In this document: piece after piece, positions 36,556 through 46,288 of the stretch
How positions within the stretch are numbered: position 1 is the first letter of the stretch
Layout: each line of letters starts with the position of its first letter
Assembly (NCBI GenBank): GCA_050740315.1
Contig: JBOIDC010000001.1
Span: 62,546-126,545 of the forward strand
DNA: 64,000 nt
From: Gammaproteobacteria bacterium
GTDB taxonomy: Bacteria > Pseudomonadota > Gammaproteobacteria > JACCYU01
Reading direction: 5' to 3'
Notes under the pieces: generated by a model
Database searches by the model: none
What the model saw: the letters and a program-made list of their open reading frames with translations, nothing else
Told to the model about the DNA's origin: nothing
Position numbers and translations under genes: made by a program

Positions 36556-39500
36556 CTAGGCGCCGTCCGAGCTGCTGGGAGTCATCACGATGGACTGCGC
36601 TTCATCTTTCATGAATTCCGCTTGTTGCTGCCGCACCGGCAGGGTGACGATGAAAGTCGCGCCTGCACCCGGTGCGCTCTCGGCGGTGACATGCCCGCCG
36701 TGCCGCTCGACGATCTTCTTGCAGATGGCAAGCCCCACACCCGCGCCCTCGTATTCACGCCCGTGCAGACGCTGGAACACCACGAAGATGCGCTCCAGAT
36801 ACTTCATGTCGAAGCCGATGCCATTGTCGGCTACGCACAATCGCACCGCGTCGTCTGCATCGTCGGTTTGGCTGTATACCCGCACCACGGGCGCGACGTC
36901 GGCGCGCCGGTATGTCAGCGCGTTGCCGATGAGGTTTTGCAGTAACTGGCGCATCTGCAGGCGATCGGCATCGATCACGGGCAGTTCGCCCAGCTCCACG
37001 CGCGCGCCGCTGGTTTGTATGCGCACCTCCAGATCGGACACCACCTCGCGCGCTGTTTCATTTAAATCCACCTTGCTGAACGGCTGGGCGCGCGAGGAGA
37101 CCCGCGAGAAGGCGAGCAGATCGGCGATCAAGGTGGCCATGCGTTTGGCCGCGCCCTGCATGCGCGCCAGATAATCGCGGGCCTGCTCGTCCAGCCCGGC
37201 GCCGTGATTCATTACCAGCAGGTCGCCGAAAGCCTGCACCTTGCGCAGCGGTTCCTGCAGGTCGTGCGAGGCCACGTGCGCGAAGTCTTCCAGCTCGCGG
37301 TTGCTGCGGGCGAGCTCGGCTGCCAGCGCGCGCAATTGCGTCTCGGCCCGTTTGCGTTCGGTAATGTCGTGCATGGATATCACTGCGCCCAGTACACGAC
37401 CGTCGGCGCTTCGAAACGCGCGTCCGCTAGCCAGAAGCGTGCGCGGCTCCCTCCGTTTAGGCGCGATAACCATTTCGGCGTTTCGCACGCGTTCGCCTTT
37501 AAGCGCCCGGTAGAGCGGTATGTCATGCAGGGACATGGGTGTGCGGCCGTCCGCCAGGTACAAATCGTAATGCGTCGCCCATTGGTCGGCCGGGATATGC
37601 TCCTGCGGTCGACCATGGAACCTGCGCGTTGCGGCGTTGAACAGGGTGAGAACGCCTTGTGCGTTGCAGGCGACGATCCCGTCCTGGATGTTGTCGAGCA
37701 GCGCGCGCATGAACTCGTTGGATTCCGCCAGCTGCGCGGTGCGTTCGGCGACCCGTTGCTCGAGTTGTTCATGTGCGTCACGCAGCTTCTTCTCGGCCGT
37801 CTTGCGTTCGGTGATATCAGTATTGCTGCCAATCCAGCCGGTGATCGCGCCTTCGGCATCGCGCAAGGGTACGGCGCGTGCGGCGACCCAGCGCCAGGCG
37901 CCGCTGATATGACGCAGACGGAATTCGGCTTGAAGGTCATTGCCACAGGTCACACACTGACGCCAGACGTCTTCGATGCGCGCGCGATCCTCGGGATGGA
38001 GTGCGCGGCACGCGCCCGCGCCCTTCCATTGCGCGTAGGTTTGCCCGGTAAAGGCGCGCCATGAGGGCGAGTCTTCTACGACGAGTCCTTCGGCGTTCGT
38101 CGTCCACACGGTCTGGGCCGCGGCAGTCACCAGTGCGCGGAAGCGCGTCTCACTTTCGTGCGATGCCGCTACGGCGCGCCGCAGCTCCTCGTTCGCGCGA
38201 CGCAGATCGGCGGTACGTTCGCGCGCGCGTATCCAGCATGGTCGCCAGCGGCTGCACGCGCAACCGCACGAGTAGCGTGCCCAGTAACGCGAGGCATACG
38301 ACGAGCACCGCCGCCAGCGAAAAACTGCGCGCTGCCGGCGCATAGATTTCGGCCGCGTCCACCTTGAGCGCCGCCACCAGCCCCAGATCACCGACGCGGC
38401 TGAAGGCGCCCAGTTCACTGACCATGCGATCGTCCATGGCGGTGGCAAACCCCGCGCCTTGTTGCTGCGCCCGATAGATCAGCCGCGCCGGCGCCCCGGC
38501 GGGCGCGGGGCGTTGCGTGAACACGTGAGGTGTAAGGCGGGTCGGGAAACAGCGAAAATCCCTGCCCATGGCTTTGCACAATTGGAACTCCGCGCTGGGC
38601 CAGGGTGGGTCGACGACTTGCAGCGTTTCCGTGAGTCCGGGCAGCGCCTGTTCAACCCGCAGGATTCCAAGCGAACCTTCCGCGTCGCTGAAAGGCAGGC
38701 GATTTCTAAGGTATGCGCCATTCCGCCACAGCAAACTCCTGGCGCCGTCGCCCTCAAGCGGGAATTCCGCGGCCGTTGTATTCAAAAACTGGCCGGCGCG
38801 CGCGACCTCGGGGCCACCGGGCAGCGAGACGGCGATGGCGGAGAAGCCATGTGGCAGGAAGCTCGCTATGAGTTCTTGAAGTGCCGCGCGTGATGCTGAA
38901 GTCCCCGGATTGGCCGCGAGCGCGCGTAACTGCCGGCGCAAATCCGGCCGGCTGGTAATGATCTCGGCGCGGGTGGTGCGCTGCGCGACAATGATCGTAA
39001 TCGCCTTTATCCTGGATTCAAGCGCGAAGCTCAGACCTTGAGCCAGCGTTTGGTGCACCTGACCGCCGATGATGGCGAAGCTGGCGAGAGCCGCCGCGCC
39101 CGCGGCGCCAGCCAGCAGCCAGGCGGCCAGCGCGGCGATGCGTCTGTCGTCGCCGGGCGGTGTGCGAGGCCGGCTGACCGCCAGCAAACCACCGCCCAAT
39201 ACGACGAAGCCGACGGCGGTGTGCAGCGCGGCCGTCTGGAAGGGCAGCGCGGAGATGAGGAAGTCCAGGCCCAAGAGATAGGCCAGAGATCCGACACCGC
39301 CCAGTGCGAGTACGCCGACCGACAGCGCCTGGCCCAGCGCGCGGCGACGAGCCTGATCCGGCAGCCGCGCCACCATAAGCGAAACGGCGGCCAGCAGAAA
39401 TCCCAGCGCCGTGACGGGCGCCATGCGCCCGGGATTCAGCGCCGCAGGCGTGTCCGGATCGCGAACCAATACCTGATCAATGTTGAAGTCCAGCCCCGCA

Positions 39501-39754
39501 ACGTACTGGATCAGCGTGGACAGCGCCAGGGCCAGCACCGCCAGCGCCACCCCGTTCGCCGCGCGGGCAGCGGCGGAGCCAGGCGAAGCTTGCAAAACGA
39601 GAGCGGCGCCGATTAGCAGAAAGCAAAGCGCGGCGTTCGCCTTCATGGTCGCAAAACCGGGCAGGACGCCCTTCAGTGTATCTACGTCCAGCGCCCAGCC
39701 GGCGAGCACCGCCATTCCGAGCAGCGCGATCAGCGCTCCGGCCGCCCGGGCCAT
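36556..39754 (-). pseudogene. Large membrane sensor PAS histidine kinase, reading frame broken at a (CG)5 run (38220-38229)
   Basis: ORF 38150..39754 encodes a multi-TM sensor module, an extracytoplasmic region and a TM. ORF 36556..38448 encodes a linker, PAS repeats, HisKA 'ASHDLQEPLRKV' and HATPase. The two frames are contiguous across the CG repeat, and no plausible start exists for the downstream part. Confidence 0.7.
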
Positions 39755-40065
39755 GCCCGATCCGGCGTGGCGCTGCTCGGTGGCGCCATGCTTATCCTCG
39801 GTCGGCGCACACGCCGGCGCAAAACGTGGTATGTCCAGGCGCCCCTCCCAGCATTTGCGTAGTGCCAGGTCTTGTTTTTCCGCGTCTCAGGCAACGCGCA
39901 CTCGCGCTCCGACGCTGCCAGGGGACCTCTGATTAATTCAGAGGTTTCTGCGGTACAGGGAAGTGCCGCCATTTACGACGGCCGCACCGTTGAGAATGGG
40001 GAAAGTGCCAAGTCTATTTCGCAGGCACGTTTCGCCTTCCGTCCTCTCAAGAATCCAGGATGGAT

Positions 40066-40524
40066 TTATTCAGAGCTTCCCCGGTCAGTGTCGTTGTCTG
40101 GTTTGCCGCGCAGCCGCTTGGCGGCGCCCTGGCGGCGTTTCGACGCCAGCCTGCGCCGTTTCGATGCGGCCGTGGGCCGCGTCTTTTTGCGCGGCGGGCG
40201 CGTGTCCGCTGCCTTCTCGATCAATGCTGCCAGCCGGCCCAGCGCGTCTTCTCGATTGCGCGCCTGCGTGCGGTGTCGGCGCGCGTCGATCACCAGCACC
40301 CCTTCGCTGGTTGCGCGCCGCCCGGCCAGTCGGATCAGACGCGCGCGCAGGTCCTCGGACAGCGACGGAGAGTGAGTGGCGTCGAAGCGCAGTTGCACCG
40401 CCGTCGAGACCTTGTTGACATTCTGGCCGCCGGGCCCGGAGGCGCGGATAAAACGCCACTCGAGCTCGCGGTCATCTATGACGATGCCGCCGTCATGCCG
40501 TCCGTTTTTGCTGATCCTCGTCAC
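40066..40524 (-). CDS. arfB: Alternative ribosome-rescue factor ArfB (peptidyl-tRNA hydrolase, GGQ)
   Basis: 'ASGPGGQNVNKVSTAVQLRFD' and a basic C-terminal tail. GTG start at 40524. Confidence 0.88.
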   Translation of the reverse strand: MTRISKNGRHDGGIVIDDRELEWRFIRASGPGGQNVNKVSTAVQLRFDATHSPSLSEDLRARLIRLAGRRATSEGVLVIDARRHRTQARNREDALGRLAALIEKAADTRPPRKKTRPTAASKRRRLASKRRQGAAKRLRGKPDNDTDRGSSE

Positions 40525-40590
40525 GATCGGCGCCTCGGGGGCAGCGCATGGCGTAAAAGAGCTGCGTGCCGCCGGCGACGAACTGGACGC

Positions 40591-41061
40591 TCAGCCCGGG
40601 CTCGCTTCGGGCTCGTCGCCGGGCAACGCGACCACACCAAACCAGTATTCGTGCAGCGACCGGATGGTATGCTGAAAACGCGCGAAATCGATCGGCTTCA
40701 CGATGTAAGAGTTGGCGCGAAGCCGGTATAAACCGATGATGTCCCGCTGCGCGGCGGAGGTTGTGAGGATGATGACCGGCAGATGCCGGAGACGTTCGTC
40801 GGCTGCGATTTCGGTCAACACCTCCCGGCCGTCCTTGCGCGGCATATTCAGGTCCAGCAGGATCAAATCGGGGGTTGGCATAGCGGCATATTCACGCTGC
40901 TTGCGCAGAAAGGCCATCCCTTCTTCGCCGTCCCCCACGTGATGCAAGCGCACGGCGACGCTAGCCTGCTTGAACGCCAGGCGAGTCAGCATCACGTCGT
41001 CTTCGTTGTCCTCGATGACGAGGATTTCCGCCGGCCGATTGCCGGCATTGTCGTTTTTCAT
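40591..41061 (-). CDS. Single-domain response regulator (receiver only, Rcp1-like)
   Basis: 'ILVIEDNEDDV', 'LILLDLNMPRKDG' and 'NSYIVKP'. No output domain. Confidence 0.88.
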   Translation of the reverse strand: MKNDNAGNRPAEILVIEDNEDDVMLTRLAFKQASVAVRLHHVGDGEEGMAFLRKQREYAAMPTPDLILLDLNMPRKDGREVLTEIAADERLRHLPVIILTTSAAQRDIIGLYRLRANSYIVKPIDFARFQHTIRSLHEYWFGVVALPGDEPEASPG

Positions 41062-41099
41062 TTAATCACCAAACCCGCACGCTCAGCGCCGCGGCTCAT

Positions 41100-41546
41100 T
41101 CATTCGATCCGTTCCCAGGTCTGCGTACGGCCGAAGAGCGGAATGCCGATGTAGCCCCGCACGAGGAGTTCACGGCCATGATCCTGTAATTCTATCTTTG
41201 CGTTGTAGATCTTGCCGGTCTCGGGGTCGACGATCTGTCCGCCGGTCCACGCATCACCTTCTCTCTTCAACCCCCACATAAAGCGCAGACCTTGTACCGG
41301 TGCATCCTTGAGTTCCCCCTCGCACAAGGTGCAGGTGGGCAGCGCGCCTTCCTCGCGGGTTTTCAGCACTCGGGCTATCCATCCCCGCAGCTCGCCATCG
41401 ATATTGCGGATCCTGATGATCGACGTGGCCTTGCCAGTATCGTCGTCGATAGTTTTCCAGCGACCGACCGGCGTGTCATTCGCCGCCTGCGCCGGCAGGC
41501 CGCTCAGCATCAAAACCGCTAACAAAGCTATGGCTAATTCGCGCAT
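41100..41546 (-). CDS. DUF2147 domain periplasmic protein
   Basis: Signal peptide 'MRELAIALLAVLMLSGLPAQA', then 'GRWKTIDDDTGK...GGQIVDPETGKIYNAKI...'. Confidence 0.8.
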   Translation of the reverse strand: MRELAIALLAVLMLSGLPAQAANDTPVGRWKTIDDDTGKATSIIRIRNIDGELRGWIARVLKTREEGALPTCTLCEGELKDAPVQGLRFMWGLKREGDAWTGGQIVDPETGKIYNAKIELQDHGRELLVRGYIGIPLFGRTQTWERIE

Positions 41547-41571
41547 CGTCGTTTGCTCCTGTCGCTTTCGC

Positions 41572-42799
41572 TTATGCAATCAAGATTGGGCAATCCCCGG
41601 CGCCCTGCATGCCGGCTCGCAACGACTGCTGGTTATCGTGCTCGACGGCCAGCATGACAGTGGCCTGCTCCGCTTCCACGGGCGGCGAGAAATAATAGCC
41701 TTGGCCGAAGTCACAACGAAGCGTGGTGAGCAGTTCGGCCTGAGACGCCGTTTCCACGCCTTCGGCGAACACCAGCATGTCGAGCCGGTGCGCCATCTCG
41801 ATAATTCCCCGCACGATTTCCCATGATCTACGATTGGGTTTGCCGCTTGCGTCAATTTGCTTGATGAAGGCGCCGTCGCTCTTGACCGCGTCGATCGGCA
41901 GGCGGCGAAGGTGGCTTAAGAGCGCGTTATCGGCGCCAAAATCGTCCATCGATAAGCGGATGTCCATGGCCTTGAGATTTACGCTAATCGAAATAAACGG
42001 CTGCCGAGCGCGCGCGAGCTTCCACGTCCGTAGCGCCTGGCGGCGTTGACCGACCGTAGCCGTGGCCGCTCCGTTGCGATAAACGGGCAGGTACATGAGG
42101 AAACCGGTCTGCACGTCTTCATCCGTCTCCTGCACCAGGGTCACCTTGCTCGATACGGCATGTTTGCCAATATCGCGCGCCCTTTCCATCGCGGCCCGCC
42201 GCACAGATTCGGAGAACATGTCATAGCCAAAGGCGCGACGGTTACGCCAGTCAAACGGCTCCAGATAAACAATCGCCGTGTATTCGGTGCGCTCGCCTTC
42301 GGGCTTTATTGCGTAGCCTGGGAAACCCTCGTCGCGGACACGTTTTACATGTGCAACCCGTTGCGCGGATTCGGTGAATTCACTATAGCCGATGCCTTGT
42401 ATGCCCGGATGGTGATCCTGAATGTCCAGCTTCTGTACGTACGCGTGAAACTCATGCCGGCTGACCATTTTCGAGGCGGCGAACAGACCTTGCACGCCCC
42501 TCCAGAATGTCCTGATAGGCTTGCATGCGGTTTTCAATCGCCCCGACGACCCGCTGCCGCTGCAGGTCGAAACGCGCGCTTGCCTCCCCCTGGCGCTGCT
42601 TGTCGATGATCTGCCATGACCACAGACTCAATGCCAGTGACATCACCAGCATGGCGCCGGTAAGCAGCGCGGCGCGCGATGCCTTCGGTCGTGCCAGCGT
42701 CGTCCTTGATAACCGGGGCTCCCATAGCTGGGCTTGATGTTTGCTTTTGAGGCGGCTTGATGGCTTATGTCCGGTCGTAACTATAAAACGTTCGCACAT
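41572..42799 (-). pseudogene. Decayed CHASE-sensor / EAL gene (N-terminal frameshift plus internal deletion)
   Basis: ORF 42452..42799 encodes a TM and the start of the CHASE domain. It continues in another frame in ORF 41572..42537, with the junction near 42491-42503. The CHASE domain runs directly into the C-terminal half of an EAL domain ('DDFG...', 'AEGVE', 'QGYYFSPP'), with no second TM, no GGDEF and no EAL motif. Confidence 0.65.
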
Positions 42800-42822
42800 C
42801 GGGCGTTCGACCGCTCAAGCCG

Positions 42823-43764
42823 CTAAAGCTGCCGTACGTACGCCGCCATCTTCTCGCGCGTGGCCGCATCGGGCAGACGGCCGGCCCCGGCCCGCATGTT
42901 ATCGACAAGATGCGTGGGGTCGCTGGTCGCGGGAATAGTGCAGGTGACGGCCGGGTGCGAGACGATGAACTTGAGAAAAAACTGCGCCCAGGAACGGCAA
43001 TCGAAATTGGCCGCCCAGGCGGGGAGCGTATGCCCGTCCACGACGCTGAACAGGCTGGCGTTTTCGAACGGTTCGTTGATCAGTACGGCGACGCCGCGCT
43101 CCGCGCACAACGGCAGCAGTCGCCGTTCCGCGTCGCGGGTGACGATGTTGTAGTTGAACTGCACGAAGTCGATATCATGCGCTTCGATAGCTCGCATCAG
43201 TTCGTCGTAGGCGTCGACCAGGTAATGCGTAACGCCGATATAGCGCACCCGCAGCTGGCGCTTCCACTCCCTGAGGGTGTCCAGGTGAGTTTCCGTATCG
43301 ATGAGGTTGTGCACCTGCATCAGGTCGATTTGGTCGGCACGCAGCCGTTGCATGGACTGCTCCATTTGCCGGATGCCCGCTTCGCGCCCGCTGGTCCACA
43401 CCTTGGTGGCCAGAAACGGCCGGCTATTCCCGCTCACTTGCTGGAGGAGCTTTCCTACTACCGTCTCGGCTGTGCCATACATGGGCGAGGAATCGATCAC
43501 GCGGCCGCCGTGCTGTAAGAACAGCCTCATGACCTCGCGCAGCGGCTTGGGGATATCGGCGGCGGAGGCGATATCGAAGGTGCGCGCCGTGCCCAGCCCG
43601 ATGACCGGCAGCGACTCGCTAGTTCCGGGAATGACCCGCCTGATCGCCGTGTGCGCGTCTCTCGCCGGTAAGTGACCGCACGCCAGCCATGCCCCCGCGC
43701 CGGCCAGCAGTTTAAGCACATCTCGGCGGGTGAACGCCGTGGCTGTGGGGTTTCGCCGTTGCAT
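42823..43764 (-). CDS. Tat-exported aldo/keto reductase
   Basis: Twin-arginine motif 'TRRDVLKLLAGAGA' and AKR-fold similarity over about 270 aa. Confidence 0.8.
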   Translation of the reverse strand: MQRRNPTATAFTRRDVLKLLAGAGAWLACGHLPARDAHTAIRRVIPGTSESLPVIGLGTARTFDIASAADIPKPLREVMRLFLQHGGRVIDSSPMYGTAETVVGKLLQQVSGNSRPFLATKVWTSGREAGIRQMEQSMQRLRADQIDLMQVHNLIDTETHLDTLREWKRQLRVRYIGVTHYLVDAYDELMRAIEAHDIDFVQFNYNIVTRDAERRLLPLCAERGVAVLINEPFENASLFSVVDGHTLPAWAANFDCRSWAQFFLKFIVSHPAVTCTIPATSDPTHLVDNMRAGAGRLPDAATREKMAAYVRQL

Positions 43765-45115
43765 GTTTCACCTGTGCGGAAGATGTCGCGCTAAGTTTCG
43801 CGCGATGGTCGATCTCCGCGGCTTGTTTGAGCGTTTCCTGCCGGCGCCCAAGATACAAGGCGTTGGCCGCCCAAACGAGCGCGACCGGAACCGCAATTAC
43901 TGCGATGCCGGAGAGCCCGAGGCCCAGAACCGTAAGCCCCGCGAAGATCCAGCTGCCGATCGCGTCTCCGCCACGATAGACCACAGTATCGATGAAATTT
44001 TTCGCCTTGTATTTGGTTTCGCGGTCGACCACAGTAAACAAAATCTCGCGCGCCGGGCTCGAGATCGAATAGCTGCCGGCGCGGCGCATGATTTGAAACG
44101 CGACGAGCACCGGCAGCACCGGCGCCATCCCAAGACCTGCGAAACCGCCGGCGGTAAGAATCGGGATCAGCGCCAAGGTCAGCGGCATGCCCAGCCATTT
44201 GATAATGCGTCCGGTCAGCGCCGCCTGAATGACGATCGTAAGGCAGTTGACGGCGAAGTCCATGCCGGCGAACACAGCAGTGCGCGTGGCGGGATCGTCG
44301 AAAGCGTTCGCCACGATGCGCGCCTGACCGAGATAAACAAACGTTGCCAGCGTTGTGTACAACCATATGAAGAGGCAGATGCCCAGCAGATAGGGTGACG
44401 TCAACACCAGTTTAACGCCGGCGAGTATGCCGCCGCCCAATGGGGTTCTATCCCGCGGTTCATGTGTTTCACCGGCCTCTTGTGGCGCGCACCGATTCAG
44501 CTTACGGATGCAAAGCACAGCGCCCACGAGTATCGCCGTCGATATCGGTAATAGATTGATCGGCCCCAGCGACCCCGCCAGGATGCCGGTGACGGCGGGT
44601 CCGACCACCGCGCCGGCGCTGCCGCCCGCAGCGATAAATCCAAACAGCCGGCGTGCCTGGGCGTTGCTGAACAGGTCGGCCATGAAGCTCCAGAACACCG
44701 AGACCACAAATAGATTGAAGACGCTCGTCCAGATGAAAAACACGCGCGCGACAACGACGGTGCCGACGTCGAGCTCAAACAGGACGTAGAAGATCAGGAT
44801 GTTGGCGACGAAAAACAGGTACACCAACGGCAAGAGTTTAGCGCGCGCAAAACGGGCGGCCGCCCAGCCGAACAGCGGCACCGCCAGCAGCATCACGACA
44901 AACGTCCCGGTAAATACCCAGTGCAAACTTTCGATACCACCCGCGATGCCCATCTCGTCGCGCAGCGGACGAAGGATGTAATAAGACGAGAGCAGACAGA
45001 AAAAATACGCGAACGACCACAGCGCCGCCGCCGTCTCGTGCGGCCGCAGGTCGACCAGCCTTTGCAGCGCACGCGCGAGTTTATGTTGAGCCGGCGTCGG
45101 TTCCGGATCGGTCAT
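43712..45115 (-). CDS. Multi-pass MFS-type transporter with ATP:ADP-antiporter (TLC)-like N-terminal signature
   Basis: About 12 hydrophobic segments and 'SYYILRPLRDEMG'. The family assignment comes from memory of similar proteins, and the substrate is unknown. Confidence 0.6.
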   Translation of the reverse strand: MTDPEPTPAQHKLARALQRLVDLRPHETAAALWSFAYFFCLLSSYYILRPLRDEMGIAGGIESLHWVFTGTFVVMLLAVPLFGWAAARFARAKLLPLVYLFFVANILIFYVLFELDVGTVVVARVFFIWTSVFNLFVVSVFWSFMADLFSNAQARRLFGFIAAGGSAGAVVGPAVTGILAGSLGPINLLPISTAILVGAVLCIRKLNRCAPQEAGETHEPRDRTPLGGGILAGVKLVLTSPYLLGICLFIWLYTTLATFVYLGQARIVANAFDDPATRTAVFAGMDFAVNCLTIVIQAALTGRIIKWLGMPLTLALIPILTAGGFAGLGMAPVLPVLVAFQIMRRAGSYSISSPAREILFTVVDRETKYKAKNFIDTVVYRGGDAIGSWIFAGLTVLGLGLSGIAVIAVPVALVWAANALYLGRRQETLKQAAEIDHRAKLSATSSAQVKHATAKPHSHGVHPPRCA

Positions 45116-45131
45116 ACCGTAAGTGAATTCG

Positions 45132-45641
45132 TCATTTGCGCATCCGCGCAAAGAAATTTTCTACAAACCTCATGGCGGTCAATACAAACAAAACAAGCAC
45201 CGTTACGCTCAGCGCGAGCACAAGCTGGTTCAGCGCGACCGCAATTCCAATCGCGCTGACGAGCAGGATCGAAGCGGCCGTGGTCAGCCCTTCGATCGGG
45301 CCGCCCTTGGCGCGGAAAATGGTGCCGGCGCCAAGAAAACTGATGCCGGTGATGATCGCCCCCACGATCCGGATGGGCTCGATGCGTAAGACATTCGCGT
45401 AGGCTTCGTGGGCGAACTTGGCAGCCAATGCATCGGCGAGTCCGATAAACAGTGCCGCGGCGCCGGCCACCAGCATGTGCGTGCGAAACCCGGCTGGTTT
45501 GTTGGATAATTCGCGCTCGATTCCGACCGCTCCACCCAGCAGCATCGCGATGGCGACCTGCACCAACACCTCTAACTGAGGCCCAACGTCCGCCGCGAAT
45601 ATTTCCATGGGACTGTTATTAACGATTGAGCGCTGTGCCAT
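45132..45641 (-). CDS. MgtC/SapB family membrane protein
   Basis: 'LLGGAVGIERELSNKPAGFRTHMLV', 169 aa. Confidence 0.85.
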   Translation of the reverse strand: MAQRSIVNNSPMEIFAADVGPQLEVLVQVAIAMLLGGAVGIERELSNKPAGFRTHMLVAGAAALFIGLADALAAKFAHEAYANVLRIEPIRIVGAIITGISFLGAGTIFRAKGGPIEGLTTAASILLVSAIGIAVALNQLVLALSVTVLVLFVLTAMRFVENFFARMRK

Positions 45642-45662
45642 GCATTGGTAGGTGATAATGCT

Positions 45663-46022
45663 TTATTTGCGACCGTTTTTCGCTCCGCCGGTGGATTCGG
45701 CGCGCAGTTCGCGGGCGCGGGCGCGGGTGAGCTGGTGAAAACGCGGTGAGGGCCCCTTGTCCTCGTATACCGGATCACCAAATTCGTCTTCTTCAATGAT
45801 CCGATCGCCCTGCACGTAAGGCATCGCGGACTCCAGCTCGTCGAGACTTGCGGAAAGCAGGTCTGTCATAATGATTGAAATGCCGATCCCTGGATACATT
45901 TCCGCCAATGCTTCCAACCGAGCGGCATCTCGGACCGGCAAGCGTATCGCGTATTCGCGCGCAGTTAACTGTGTGCCAGGTGCCGACTCCCACTCGGCTA
46001 ACAACTCCTTTACTTTTTTCAA
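45663..46022 (-). CDS. Hypothetical acidic protein
   Basis: 119-aa ORF with GC3-rich codons, tightly linked upstream of the mgtC-like gene. I can assign no domain with confidence. Confidence 0.55.
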   Translation of the reverse strand: MKKVKELLAEWESAPGTQLTAREYAIRLPVRDAARLEALAEMYPGIGISIIMTDLLSASLDELESAMPYVQGDRIIEEDEFGDPVYEDKGPSPRFHQLTRARARELRAESTGGAKNGRK

Positions 46023-46288
46023 GACAACCTCGGCGGCCTTAGGATGATGATTGCTGGGGCTGGTGAAGATAACAGCCCATGTTGAGAGGCGGTAGCGTTG
46101 TGCGGATTATTACACTTGTGGGCAGATGGATTTCAAATTCGATCCGCTTGAGGCTGAGATGAAAGCTCGGCGAAAAGGGTTTGCCCGTTCAGCACACCGT
46201 GCCCAAGATAGCGCACCACCCGATGTAATGGATGCAAGTTCGATAAGAATCGCGGCCACTAGCAGGCCAATCTAAGCGAGGTTGCTCC

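Noticed and set aside
39872-40731. Plus-strand ORFs 39872..40375, 39963..40418 and 40060..40731 opposite arfB.
   Set aside because: They are antisense to a clear GGQ-motif arfB gene and their translations are Arg/Ala-rich low-complexity sequence.
46126-46275. A 49-codon plus-strand ORF, MDFKFDPLEAEMKARRKGF..., whose first 19 residues loosely resemble the 'FEWDP.KA..N..KHG(V/I)' start of BrnT/DUF497 toxins.
   Set aside because: The similarity rests on about 8 residues and is lost after position 19 in all three frames. There is no BrnA-like partner. At most it is a tiny remnant, and I cannot support it without a profile search.
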